From the NCBI GenBank assembly GCA_963676565.1, contig OY781089.1, positions 2,656,001 to 2,720,000 of the forward strand: a DNA stretch of 64,000 nucleotides. The letters are read 5' to 3'. The position numbers and the translations under genes are program-made. Positions 1 through 9,496 of the stretch are shown here, in pieces. A model generated the notes under the pieces. The model did not search any database and was not told where the DNA came from. It saw only the letters and a program-made list of their open reading frames with translations. Origin of the DNA: Halarcobacter sp. GTDB taxonomy: Bacteria > Campylobacterota > Campylobacteria > Campylobacterales > Arcobacteraceae. Position 1 is the stretch's first letter. Each line of letters starts with the position of its first letter.

Positions 1-2
1 AA

Positions 3-338
3 TTTGATAAACCAACAGATTTTAATGCCACCCTTAAAGAAATAAGTAGTGAAGCTTATACTCCACCCCCATCACAATTAGTACAACTTGATGGTTACAC
101 TTTAGATCAAAACAATAACAAAATACCTACTAAAATAACTATAGATGGAGTTTATGCACAAGATTCATTTTTAGATGAAGATGGTAACTGGGATAAAGAA
201 GCTGAGGCAGAAGCTTATAAACAAAGAGAACTAAAGTATAAAAAAGAAGTAATTGAAGACTGGCTAAAAAATATAGATTATGATTTGCAATCTAAAGCTG
301 AATTAATGAAAGCGTTATTAGCAAAAACAGAATCTTAA
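3..338 (+). CDS. 3' end of hypothetical protein (truncated by window start)
   Basis: Frame 3 is open from the window edge (FDKPTDFNATLKE...LLAKTES) to TAA at 336-338; host-like codons; 10 bp upstream of the next ORF. Confidence 0.75.
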   Translation, partial: FDKPTDFNATLKEISSEAYTPPPSQLVQLDGYTLDQNNNKIPTKITIDGVYAQDSFLDEDGNWDKEAEAEAYKQRELKYKKEVIEDWLKNIDYDLQSKAELMKALLAKTES

Positions 339-348
339 GAGAATAAAT

Positions 349-1098
349 ATGATTATTAATGAATTAAATTCATTACAACATACTAATAATGTGACTCAAC
401 AAATAAAACAAGTTCAAAAACTTGAAGAGAGCCAAAAAGACAATAATAGTATTGAAGAAAGCAACCTTCCTTCAGAATATATAGAAGAGTCTCAAATGAG
501 TGAAGAACAGCTCATAGAAAAAAAGATTTTTGAACAAATTTTAAATACTTATTCAAGTTCACCTTTAGAAGATTCTGATTTTTGGAAATTTCATCATAAT
601 AATGACAACAGTGGTATTGATGAAGCTAAAAACAAGATGGAAAGTCTTGCTAAGGAGCTTAAATCAGGAGAACAAACCCAAAGAGTTAAAGCCTTGTTAA
701 ATCCTACAATGGATGATCTTGTCAAAGAAAGAAACACTTACAAAACAGAAATTGGTTTTTCAAAATCCTTTAACATCTCAATGCCAAATGGACAATATAG
801 TGTCGATATCTCATTCTCTTTTATGCAAAGTTATAATAAAATTAATGAAAATGACAGCAGTACGGAAGCTTCAAATATATTAAATCTTATCAATCAAGTA
901 GACTATAAAAATATGTCCATAAAAGTCTCTCAAGAAGAACAAAATAGTACATTAAATTCAACTCTTGAAGACTTAAATGATTGGCTTCATACACAAGGTC
1001 ATACTTTTAATGAAGTATACACAAGTAGTGAAACAAAGGAAGACTTTAAAATATTAAATCACTTTCAATCAAAAACAATATTATATAGCTACTTATAA
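349..1098 (+). CDS. hypothetical acidic, N/Q/S/E-rich protein
   Basis: 249-aa ORF, no recognisable motif. Confidence 0.7.
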   Translation: MIINELNSLQHTNNVTQQIKQVQKLEESQKDNNSIEESNLPSEYIEESQMSEEQLIEKKIFEQILNTYSSSPLEDSDFWKFHHNNDNSGIDEAKNKMESLAKELKSGEQTQRVKALLNPTMDDLVKERNTYKTEIGFSKSFNISMPNGQYSVDISFSFMQSYNKINENDSSTEASNILNLINQVDYKNMSIKVSQEEQNSTLNSTLEDLNDWLHTQGHTFNEVYTSSETKEDFKILNHFQSKTILYSYL

Positions 1099-1151
1099 AT
1101 GCTTTTTCATGCAATCTTATAGTTAATATTTCATTTCCTCCTTAAATTCTA

Positions 1152-1943
1152 TCAAATATATATTTGCCCTTGCATATATAATACTGCAAAACCTGAAATA
1201 AAAACTCGTTCATTTTTAATTTCACAATATAAAATACCACCTCTACTTGAAGCTTGATATGCAATCAAATTTGTTTTTGATAATTTTTTAGCCCAATAAG
1301 GAGCTAATCCTGAGTGAATGGAACCAGTAACAGGGTCTTCATCCCCTCCATTTGCAGGCCAAAAATATCTAGATATAAAATCAAAATTTGAAGAAGAAGC
1401 AGTAACAACAACATCATAAGGAGCTAATTGCTTTAACTTTATTGAATCATATTCAATATTTTTTACATCATCTTCATTATCCATGATAGCAAAATATGCT
1501 TGCCTATTTTGTAACACTTTAGTTGGTTTGATTGATAAACCATCAAGTAAATTTTGTGGAGTATCTTCAATTTCTACTGGTTCTTGATTAGGGAAGCTCA
1601 TTTGTATTTTTCCATCATCATTTTGATAAACATATAACGAACCAACTTTTAATGTTGAAAACTCAATTTCATCTTTGCATTTAAAATGATTAAAAATTAT
1701 AAAAGAAGATGCCAAGGTTGCATGTCCACAGAAATCTATTTCGGATATTGGAGAGAACCATCTTATCTCATATTTATTTGGAGCAGTTTCTTTTATAAAT
1801 GCAGTTTCAGATAAATTATTTTCCATTGCAATTTTTTGCATTTGCTCTGGTTCTAACCACTCTTTTAGTGGAACTACCGCAGCTTGATTACCTTGAAATT
1901 GTTTTTGCGTAAATGCATCAACAATATATATGTCTAGAGTCAT
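1152..1943 (-). CDS. PhzF-family isomerase/epimerase
   Basis: VDAFT..F.GN.AAV, NLSETAF, EIDFCGHATLA and EDPVTGS motifs. Confidence 0.92.
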   Translation of the reverse strand: MTLDIYIVDAFTQKQFQGNQAAVVPLKEWLEPEQMQKIAMENNLSETAFIKETAPNKYEIRWFSPISEIDFCGHATLASSFIIFNHFKCKDEIEFSTLKVGSLYVYQNDDGKIQMSFPNQEPVEIEDTPQNLLDGLSIKPTKVLQNRQAYFAIMDNEDDVKNIEYDSIKLKQLAPYDVVVTASSSNFDFISRYFWPANGGDEDPVTGSIHSGLAPYWAKKLSKTNLIAYQASSRGGILYCEIKNERVFISGFAVLYMQGQIYI

Positions 1944-1947
1944 TTAT

Positions 1948-2991
1948 TTATTCCTTTAATTTTAAACGTTGTACATTTTGTTGTTTATTCCACTTTTCTG
2001 CTTCTTCTTTAATAATTTCATTTTCAATTTCACTAAACTTATTTGCGATTCTATTGATTTTATAATATAAATCAATCAAAAGCATCAAATCTTCTTCTGT
2101 TGGTGCAACACTTAAAAAAGCTAAAGTTGAATTAAAATAACTCAAGGCACATAGTTGAGCAGGATCAGTAAATCCAATATTTGACGAAGATGCGATGGTG
2201 CTCTCTCCTAGAACTCCATCTATATATCCCAAGTTGTAAAATAGAGATTTTGCACCACCATGAATATAGTTATTAGAAAATTTATAAAATGGCTTCATAT
2301 ATTGAGAATTTGTAAAATCCATTAAATTATGCAAATTCGGTTTCTTATTTTTAAGAACCTTTGAAGCCCATCCATAATCATTTTTAAAATTTTCCCCGTA
2401 TGTTTTCAATATTTCATCATATCTTGCATTTATTTCATCAATTTCATGCTCAGGTATTTTTTCGAATCCAAGATAGCAGTTATTTTCAAGATATGAATTT
2501 AGCTCTTTTCTTGATTCTATAATTGAATAATCAATATACCTTTTAGCTACTTCATCATCATTAATAGCTAAAAAAATGGCGACTACACTTGTTTCGAATA
2601 AAGTTCGCCATCTTGAAAGTGCTGCAGCAGGATATCCTCCCTTTATTAAATAGATAATCTCTGAACATATTAAGGTAGACTTTTGATGTAATCTGCGTAT
2701 TGCTTCTTCTTTATTATCAGCTTCTAATTCTAGTCTATTAAAAGTATTGTGTCCGATGGTCTTGCAAAGTTCAGAAAAAATTTCTAGTTCTTGAATTGGT
2801 TTGCTGTAACGATAAAGTAAACGATTTGTAAAACCCTGTGTATATTCACGAATTTGAATAAGCTGACTATAATCTGTAGCTTCAAAATCTTTGTCTGTTT
2901 TAATTTCATCATTTTCTAGATTAGTAAAGCTAACATCATTATCAATTTTAAGATTTTTTAAAATTTCTTCAATTAGTTTCTTATTTAACAA
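1948..2991 (-). CDS. DUF5677-like (HEPN-like helical) protein
   Basis: A.SRWRTLFE and Y..SNNYIHG motifs; likely TTG start at 2991 after GGAGGA (ORF track starts at 3009). Confidence 0.65.
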   Translation of the reverse strand: MLNKKLIEEILKNLKIDNDVSFTNLENDEIKTDKDFEATDYSQLIQIREYTQGFTNRLLYRYSKPIQELEIFSELCKTIGHNTFNRLELEADNKEEAIRRLHQKSTLICSEIIYLIKGGYPAAALSRWRTLFETSVVAIFLAINDDEVAKRYIDYSIIESRKELNSYLENNCYLGFEKIPEHEIDEINARYDEILKTYGENFKNDYGWASKVLKNKKPNLHNLMDFTNSQYMKPFYKFSNNYIHGGAKSLFYNLGYIDGVLGESTIASSSNIGFTDPAQLCALSYFNSTLAFLSVAPTEEDLMLLIDLYYKINRIANKFSEIENEIIKEEAEKWNKQQNVQRLKLKE

Positions 2992-3331
2992 GATTCCTCC
3001 GTAGTTCACAAGTAAGTATTTAAATTTGTAATTGCATATAACTATTTATTTAATATACATTATATAAATAAAGTACTTAAATCCATTTATTTATTATATA
3101 TTTCTAAAGGTGCTTATTTTAGTGCTATGTAGAAAAAATATTAGAAAATGTGATGATTTTTATCTATATTTTTATTATTTGTTATAACTCTTATGTTTAT
3201 TTTATATCGATATATGGAATTTTAATATGTATAGTGTATGCTAAATATAAAAAATTACAAAATGACATATTTTTCATCCCTTTAAATTTATTTTATTATA
3301 ATTCCAACATAAAATAAAAAGGTTATAGAAA

Positions 3332-4681
3332 ATGGCTAAAAAGAAAACATCACTTTTTGAGTGTCAACACTGCGGGGAGCAAAGTACAAAATGGCTTGGA
3401 AAATGTCCAAACTGTGGAAGTTGGGATAGTTTTATAGAATTAAATCAAGAGCAACAAGAAGTACTAAAACAAACAGCAAAAGTAGTAAACTCTACTTCAA
3501 AAGCAACTCCAATAACCCAAATAAAACAAGATGATGTTACAAGATTCTCATCAAACAATGATGAATTTGATTTAGTTTTAGGTGGAGGGATAGTTCCAGG
3601 AAGCTTAACACTTATTGGTGGAAGCCCAGGGGTTGGTAAATCTACACTTCTACTTAAAGTTGCAGGTAGTATAGCCTCAAGTGGGAAAAAAGTTTTATAT
3701 GTATCAGGAGAAGAGAGTTCAGGACAAATAAAACTTAGAGCAAATAGACTTGATGCAAACCATGAAGATCTTTTTTTACTTTCAGAAATAAAACTTGAAG
3801 AGATACAAGATGAGCTATTAAGAGCTGATTATGAAGTTTGTATTATTGACTCTATTCAAACTATTTATTCTAGTGCTTTAACTTCTGCTCCAGGAAGTGT
3901 ATCGCAAGTGAGAGAAATTACCTTTGAACTTATGAGAAAAGCAAAAGAGAGTGATATAGCTATGTTTATAATTGGTCATATCACAAAAGATGGTTCAATA
4001 GCGGGACCAAGGGTTTTAGAGCATATGGTTGATACAGTTTTATATTTTGAAGGGGAAGCTAGCAGGGAACTTCGTATGCTTCGAGGATTTAAAAATAGAT
4101 TTGGTTCAACTTCTGAAATTGGAATTTTTGAGATGACAGGAGAAGGTTTGATAAGTGCAAAAGATATTGCCTCAAAATTCTTTGATAAGAGTAAAGCTCA
4201 AAGTGGTTCAGCTTTAAGTGTAGTTATGGAAGGAAGTCGTGCTTTGATTATAGAAGTTCAAGCCTTAGTTACTGAATCAACCTACCCTAATCCAAAAAGA
4301 AGTGCCACTGGTTTTGATGCAAATAGATTAAATATGCTTTTAGCCCTACTTGAAAAAAAGATTGATTTACCACTAAACCATTATGATGTTTTTATAAATA
4401 TAAGTGGTGGTATAAAAATCAAAGAAAGTTCTGCAGATTTAGCTGTTATTGCAGCAATTATATCAAGCTTTAGGGATAGACCTATTTCAAAAGAGTCCGT
4501 ATTTATTGGAGAAGTTTCATTAACTGGTGAGATTAAAGATGTATATTCTGTAGATATGAGATTAAAAGAAGCCCAAGCACAAGGTATAAAAAAAGCTGTT
4601 GTAGCACAAAAACCAAATCTAAAACTTGACCTTAAAACTTTTAGTGTAGATGAAGTACCTAAAATGATTGAGCTATTTTAA
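3332..4681 (+). CDS. radA: DNA repair protein RadA/Sms
   Basis: N-terminal C4 zinc finger, Walker A GSPGVGKST, KNRFG motif, Lon-like C-terminus. Confidence 0.98.
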   Translation: MAKKKTSLFECQHCGEQSTKWLGKCPNCGSWDSFIELNQEQQEVLKQTAKVVNSTSKATPITQIKQDDVTRFSSNNDEFDLVLGGGIVPGSLTLIGGSPGVGKSTLLLKVAGSIASSGKKVLYVSGEESSGQIKLRANRLDANHEDLFLLSEIKLEEIQDELLRADYEVCIIDSIQTIYSSALTSAPGSVSQVREITFELMRKAKESDIAMFIIGHITKDGSIAGPRVLEHMVDTVLYFEGEASRELRMLRGFKNRFGSTSEIGIFEMTGEGLISAKDIASKFFDKSKAQSGSALSVVMEGSRALIIEVQALVTESTYPNPKRSATGFDANRLNMLLALLEKKIDLPLNHYDVFINISGGIKIKESSADLAVIAAIISSFRDRPISKESVFIGEVSLTGEIKDVYSVDMRLKEAQAQGIKKAVVAQKPNLKLDLKTFSVDEVPKMIELF

Positions 4682-4702
4682 TAGAGCTTTTAAAAGCTCT
4701 AT
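4681..4702. terminator. bidirectional terminator-like perfect palindrome
   Basis: atagagcttttaaaagctctat, a 22-bp perfect palindrome between convergent genes. Confidence 0.7.
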
Positions 4703-5106
4703 TATTTCTCTACTCTTTTTGTAGCACCTGCCATAAGCCTATCTTCACTTACAACTGCTCTTGTATGAACACAAGTTCCAATTACTCCACCTGAATCTTT
4801 TGCTTCAATTTCAAACTTATATAGTTTTCCTTCCATACCAACAAAAGTTGCAGTAGAAATAGCAATATCACCCTCAAGTGTTGGAGCCATATGCTTCACA
4901 TTTACTTCCACACCAACAGACAATTTCCCATCACCTAGAAGTGGCTTCATTGCCTTTGCAGCAGAACACTCCATTAGTGCTACCATTCTAGCAGTTGCCA
5001 TAACAGGTGGAAAGTTATCATCAACTGAAATCTCTAAATTTTTTGCTAAATCTTTTTCTAAAACTTTATATTCTATTGTTGCCTTTGTACCAACTTCTAA
5101 TTCCAT
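4702..5106 (-). CDS. hot-dog fold thioesterase (FlK-like)
   Basis: V.AT..MVALME..A, SVG..V.V.H.APT and HTRAVV motifs; ATG at 5106 with GGAG upstream. Confidence 0.85.
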   Translation of the reverse strand: MELEVGTKATIEYKVLEKDLAKNLEISVDDNFPPVMATARMVALMECSAAKAMKPLLGDGKLSVGVEVNVKHMAPTLEGDIAISTATFVGMEGKLYKFEIEAKDSGGVIGTCVHTRAVVSEDRLMAGATKRVEK

Positions 5107-5213
5107 GTGTACTCCCAATTTGTAATTTGTATCCAATATAATAATGAAATTTAACTTTTTATCTTCTAATATGAAAAGTTTAGATATAATCCGCAAAATT
5201 TTATTGGAAAATC

Positions 5214-5633
5214 ATGATTGAACTTGAAAATAACACTGATATAAATATAGATATAAAAGAGCTTGAAGTTATAAAAAATAATTTAACTTCAAAAGATATT
5301 GAACTGATATTTGTTGAGAATGAACAAATGAGAGAAATCAATAAAGAGCATAGAAATATTGATAAAGCAACAGACGTTTTATCTTTCCCTTTGGAGTTTG
5401 ATTTGCCAAATATGCCATTAGGTTCAATTATTATCTCTACTGATTTTATAAGTGAAAAAGCCAGTGAATATAATCATAGTTTTGAAGATGAAATGAAACT
5501 TTTGTTTATTCATGGAATTTTACACCTACTTGGATTTGACCATGAGGTTGATAATGGTGAACATAGACAAAAAGAGGAAGAGCTTATAAAAAAATATAAT
5601 CTTCCTAATAGTTTGATAGTTAGAAACTCTTAA
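5214..5633 (+). CDS. ybeY: rRNA maturation endoribonuclease YbeY
   Basis: TDVLSFP and HGILHLLGFDH motifs. Confidence 0.96.
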   Translation: MIELENNTDINIDIKELEVIKNNLTSKDIELIFVENEQMREINKEHRNIDKATDVLSFPLEFDLPNMPLGSIIISTDFISEKASEYNHSFEDEMKLLFIHGILHLLGFDHEVDNGEHRQKEEELIKKYNLPNSLIVRNS

Positions 5634-5645
5634 GAAAGGTTTTAG

Positions 5646-6563
5646 ATGGATATTTTAATATTTGTAGTATCAATGACAGCACTAATTTATGGAGCTGATT
5701 TTATTATTGAAGAGAGTGAAAAAATCGCACTTCATTATAATATTTCACCTTTTGTGATTGGTGCAACATTAGTAGCACTTGGAACCTCTTTACCTGAAAT
5801 GGCTGTTTCAATGTCAGCTTCTTTAAAAGGGAGTGGAGATATTGCAGTTGCAAATGTAATTGGTAGTACAATTTTTAATATTGCTTTAGTTTTAGGTGCT
5901 GTATTTATAGTATCAAAGAAAATCAATCCAGATAGAGATCTTTTTGCCCAAGATTCTGCTTGGGCTTTATTTCCTATTTTAGTATTCATTTTAATGGGTA
6001 TTGATGGAAAACTAAACATAGTTGATGGAATTTTATTTTTAATTTTAATGGTTGCTTACTTAACCTTTCTTATTAGCTCAAATCAGGTTGAAGAGATTGA
6101 AAGTGATATAGATAAAGAAAAATTTGCCTGGGGCAAAACAATTGGACTTTTACTAGTTGGTTTTGTTTTAACAATAGGTGGAGCAGATTTTGCAATTGAT
6201 AGTGCAGGAAACATAGCAAGAGAATTTGGTATTAGTGAATGGATTATTGGTTTATTCCTTGTAGCATTTGGAACATCTTTACCTGAACTTACTATTTCAA
6301 TAAAAGCAGCATTAAACAACAATGCAGATTTAGCAATTGGAAATATCATAGGTTCAAATGTAGCAAACTTTACTATGGTATTAGGACTTTCATCTATTGT
6401 AAATACACTAAATGTAGATTTATCAGCAAACTTTTTTGATATAACAGCAGCATTTATTCTTTCACTAATGTTAGTATTTATAACTGCAAATAAATTATAT
6501 AATAAAAGTGCAGGTATTGTATTATTAGTAGTTTTAGGGTTAGTTATTCAAAATAGCCTATAG
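5646..6563 (+). CDS. Ca2+/Na+ antiporter (CaCA, YrbG-like)
   Basis: Two GTSLPE alpha repeats, GN/AN(V/I)IGS, about 10 TM segments. Confidence 0.92.
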   Translation: MDILIFVVSMTALIYGADFIIEESEKIALHYNISPFVIGATLVALGTSLPEMAVSMSASLKGSGDIAVANVIGSTIFNIALVLGAVFIVSKKINPDRDLFAQDSAWALFPILVFILMGIDGKLNIVDGILFLILMVAYLTFLISSNQVEEIESDIDKEKFAWGKTIGLLLVGFVLTIGGADFAIDSAGNIAREFGISEWIIGLFLVAFGTSLPELTISIKAALNNNADLAIGNIIGSNVANFTMVLGLSSIVNTLNVDLSANFFDITAAFILSLMLVFITANKLYNKSAGIVLLVVLGLVIQNSL

Positions 6564-6574
6564 GCTATCTTGAA

Positions 6575-6976
6575 TTATTGACATTTTTCACATGTTCCTT
6601 GGAACACAACTTCTGTATTATCAATTTTAAAATTTGATACAGAAGCTAAACTATTGTTTAAAACAGATGTATCAATTATGATATCTTCAATTTTTCCACA
6701 TGAAGAACAAACTAAATGTGAATGTTCCTCTTTTACTAATTCATAAACTGTTTTAGCATCTGGAACTTTAACTTCATTTAAAAATATTTTTTCAACCATT
6801 GCATTTACATTTTTATATATTGTTGCCAATGAGATTGAAGGAAATTTTTCTAAAAGATTCTTATAAAGATCATCAATATTCATATGTCCATTTTTATACA
6901 ATTCCTCAACAATAGCTACTCTTTGAGGAGTAACTTTTAAATTGTACTCTTTTAATAGAATCGAACTATTAAACAT
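6575..6976 (-). CDS. perR: Fur-family regulator, probably PerR
   Basis: TPQR, SLATIYK, H.HLVCxxC...CxxC; divergent from rubrerythrin; ATG at 6976 (alternative 6997). Confidence 0.8.
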   Translation of the reverse strand: MFNSSILLKEYNLKVTPQRVAIVEELYKNGHMNIDDLYKNLLEKFPSISLATIYKNVNAMVEKIFLNEVKVPDAKTVYELVKEEHSHLVCSSCGKIEDIIIDTSVLNNSLASVSNFKIDNTEVVFQGTCEKCQ

Positions 6977-7083
6977 TTTATTTCCTTTCCTGCTCATAAA
7001 TATTTCAAAGATAGTATGTGCAGATTCTTTACGATTATGTAATATTATTAAAAAAACCTTTGATTTTTATTTATTAATGTAAA

Positions 7084-7106
7084 TTAGTAATTGATAATTA
7101 TTTTCC
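7084..7106. promoter_or_regulatory. putative Fur/PerR box between perR and rrc
   Basis: ttagtaatTGATAATtATTTTCC resembles the 7-1-7 TGATAATnATTATCA box; TATAAT -10 at 7134-7139. Confidence 0.45.
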
Positions 7107-7207
7107 TTTAAGCTAAATCATATCTTTTAGCTATATAATTAATGTAAATTATTCTATTGATTCAATTCAATATTAACAATAAATATCAATCTTAACAAGG
7201 AGTAAAA

Positions 7208-7861
7208 ATGAGACAGTATGAATCATATAAATGTAACAAGTGCGGTAATATAGTGGAAGTTCAAAATGTTGGTGGAGGTAAACTAACATGTTGTGACGAA
7301 GAGATGGAGATGATTACTGAAAATCTTACTGCTGTTAACCTAATGAAAGCATTTGCAGGTGAATCAATGGCAAGAAATAAGTATGAATACTATGCAAAAG
7401 TTGCCCAAAAAGAAGGCTACAGAGATATAGCTGAACACTTCCAAAGAGCCGCTAACAATGAAAAGAAACACGCTAATCTTGAACTTAAAGCTTATAATGA
7501 GATGATTAAAGGTAAAGAGTTAGGCGATACAGTTGAAAACTTAAAAGATGCAATTGCTGGTGAATCTTATGAGAATGTAACAATGTATCCAGATTTTGCA
7601 GCAATAGCAAAAGAAGAAGGAAGAGAACAACTTGCAAAAATGCTTGAGATGATTGGAAAAATTGAAATTGAGCATGAAAATATGTATAGATCACTTCTTG
7701 AAAGACTTCAAACTGGAAAAGAGTTTGAAAGTGACAATGAAGAGGAAGAATGGATTTGTGAAGTTTGTGGTCATGTTCACAGAGGTAAGAAAGCTCTTAA
7801 AATGTGTCCAGTATGTAAACACCCTCAAGAGTATCAATCAAGACTTAATAGTAAAAAATAA
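7208..7861 (+). CDS. rrc: desulforedoxin-rubrerythrin chimeric protein Rrc
   Basis: N-terminal CxxCGN...CC desulforedoxin domain, AFAGES/ExxH di-iron bundle, C-terminal CxxCG...CPVC rubredoxin domain. Confidence 0.92.
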   Translation: MRQYESYKCNKCGNIVEVQNVGGGKLTCCDEEMEMITENLTAVNLMKAFAGESMARNKYEYYAKVAQKEGYRDIAEHFQRAANNEKKHANLELKAYNEMIKGKELGDTVENLKDAIAGESYENVTMYPDFAAIAKEEGREQLAKMLEMIGKIEIEHENMYRSLLERLQTGKEFESDNEEEEWICEVCGHVHRGKKALKMCPVCKHPQEYQSRLNSKK

Positions 7862-7875
7862 AACTTATTAAAAAG

Positions 7876-7900
7876 CAAGAGTAGAATTCATCTACTCTTG
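7876..7900 (+). terminator. hairpin after rrc
   Basis: caagagtaga-attca-tctactcttg, 10-bp stem; U-tail weak. Confidence 0.55.
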
Positions 7901-7954
7901 TAAAAAAAACGATAAAATACAAAATTATAAGATATCAATAATTTTGGAGAACTT

Positions 7955-9496
7955 TTGCAAAAACTATTGCTAATAATACTTCTTGGCATATCTCTTTATG
8001 CAAAACAATTTACAGTTGCCTCATACAATGTTGAAAACCTCTTTGATTTAAATAAAAACAAAAGTGATTATAAAGAATATATTCCAAATACAAAAAGTAA
8101 TTGGAATAAAAAAACCTTTGAAATAAAACTAAACAACTTAGTAAAAGTCTTAAATGATTTAGATGCAGATATAATTGCCTTACAAGAGATAGAATCAAAA
8201 GAATTAATGAAACTTCTTTTAAAAAAAATACCAAAATATAAATACTACTCTTTTGACAAGTATAAAAACTCTTCAGTTGGACTTGGTTTTTTAAGTAAAA
8301 TTAAAATTGTTTCAAATGATAGTTTAAATATAAGATTTTCAAAAAAGATTTATAGACCAATCTTAGAAACAACCTTTGAGATTGAAAATATCCAATTCAA
8401 AATATTTAACAACCATTGGCCTTCAAAAAGAGTTGCTGAAAGCTATAGAATAAAATATGCAAAAAACCTATTTGATAGAGTTGCTAATCTTCCTAGAGAT
8501 TATGACTATATTTTATTAGGTGATTTTAATTCAAACTACAATGAATTTGAAACTATATATAAAGAACCAAAATTAAATAATGCAAATGGAATTACAGGAA
8601 TTAATCAAGTTCTAAATACAACTATTGAAAAAAGATTTGTAAGTCTTGATGATATTTTAAAAAAAGAGGAAAGAAGCCATTATAATCTTTGGCTTGATTT
8701 AGATTTCAATGAAAGATTTTCAAATAAATATAAAGGAAAAAATACTACTCCTGATAATATGATTCTCTCCCCTGCTCTATTTGATAATAAAAAAATTTCA
8801 TATTTACTAAATAGTTTTGATGTCTTTAAACCTGAATATTTATATAAAAATAAAAAAATCATACGATGGGAAATGAAAAACAAAGTTCATAAAGGAAAAG
8901 GTTTTTCAGATCACTTACCAATAATTGCAAAATTTTCCACTGAAAAAGTAGAAAGAAACCCTTTAAAAGAACAAAAAAATTTAGAGATAAATAAAATCTC
9001 TCAACTTTATGAAAAAGTAAAATTACAAGATTCGATTGAACTTAAAAATATAGTTGTGATTTATAAAAATGGCAACAACGCAATAATAAAACAAAAAGAT
9101 GATAGAGCAATTTATCTTTACAACAATGCAAAAGATTTATCAGAAGGTTTTTCTTATGATATAGAAGTTTCAAAAATTAAGGATTATTTCGGATTAAAAG
9201 AGATAATCGAATTTAAAATTAAAAAATATAGAGGAAAATATCCTAACTATAAATCTTTTTATTTAAATCAAGAAGAAACTGATATTTTTAATTTTAAAAA
9301 CCAAAATGAGATAATAAAAAACTTGAAAGGATATTACAAAAAAGGTTATTTATACCTTGATAAAGGTAAAATTAGAGTTTACACATTAAAAAAAGAAAAC
9401 TTGCCAAAAGAGAATAAAAATATTGTTATACCAAAAGCACACCTATCATATTATAAAAATCAATTCCAAATACTGTTACATGAGAAAATAGACTAA
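7955..9496 (+). CDS. exported endonuclease/exonuclease/phosphatase-family protein
   Basis: Signal peptide; SYNVENLFD, LQEIE, NHWPS, GDFN and SDHLP motifs. Confidence 0.88.
   Translation: MQKLLLIILLGISLYAKQFTVASYNVENLFDLNKNKSDYKEYIPNTKSNWNKKTFEIKLNNLVKVLNDLDADIIALQEIESKELMKLLLKKIPKYKYYSFDKYKNSSVGLGFLSKIKIVSNDSLNIRFSKKIYRPILETTFEIENIQFKIFNNHWPSKRVAESYRIKYAKNLFDRVANLPRDYDYILLGDFNSNYNEFETIYKEPKLNNANGITGINQVLNTTIEKRFVSLDDILKKEERSHYNLWLDLDFNERFSNKYKGKNTTPDNMILSPALFDNKKISYLLNSFDVFKPEYLYKNKKIIRWEMKNKVHKGKGFSDHLPIIAKFSTEKVERNPLKEQKNLEINKISQLYEKVKLQDSIELKNIVVIYKNGNNAIIKQKDDRAIYLYNNAKDLSEGFSYDIEVSKIKDYFGLKEIIEFKIKKYRGKYPNYKSFYLNQEETDIFNFKNQNEIIKNLKGYYKKGYLYLDKGKIRVYTLKKENLPKENKNIVIPKAHLSYYKNQFQILLHEKID

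Noticed and set aside
3010..3331. Integron attC-like site flanking the DUF5677 gene (GTTATAAC at 3181)
   Set aside because: No paired R/L boxes or long imperfect palindrome; no integrase in the window
5107..5196. N-terminal extension of the thioesterase ORF
   Set aside because: It spans the divergent promoter region; ATG 5106 has a GGAG RBS
7157..7170. FNR/Crp-like TTGAT-N4-TTCAA upstream of rrc
   Set aside because: One mismatch in very AT-rich DNA; too weak to call
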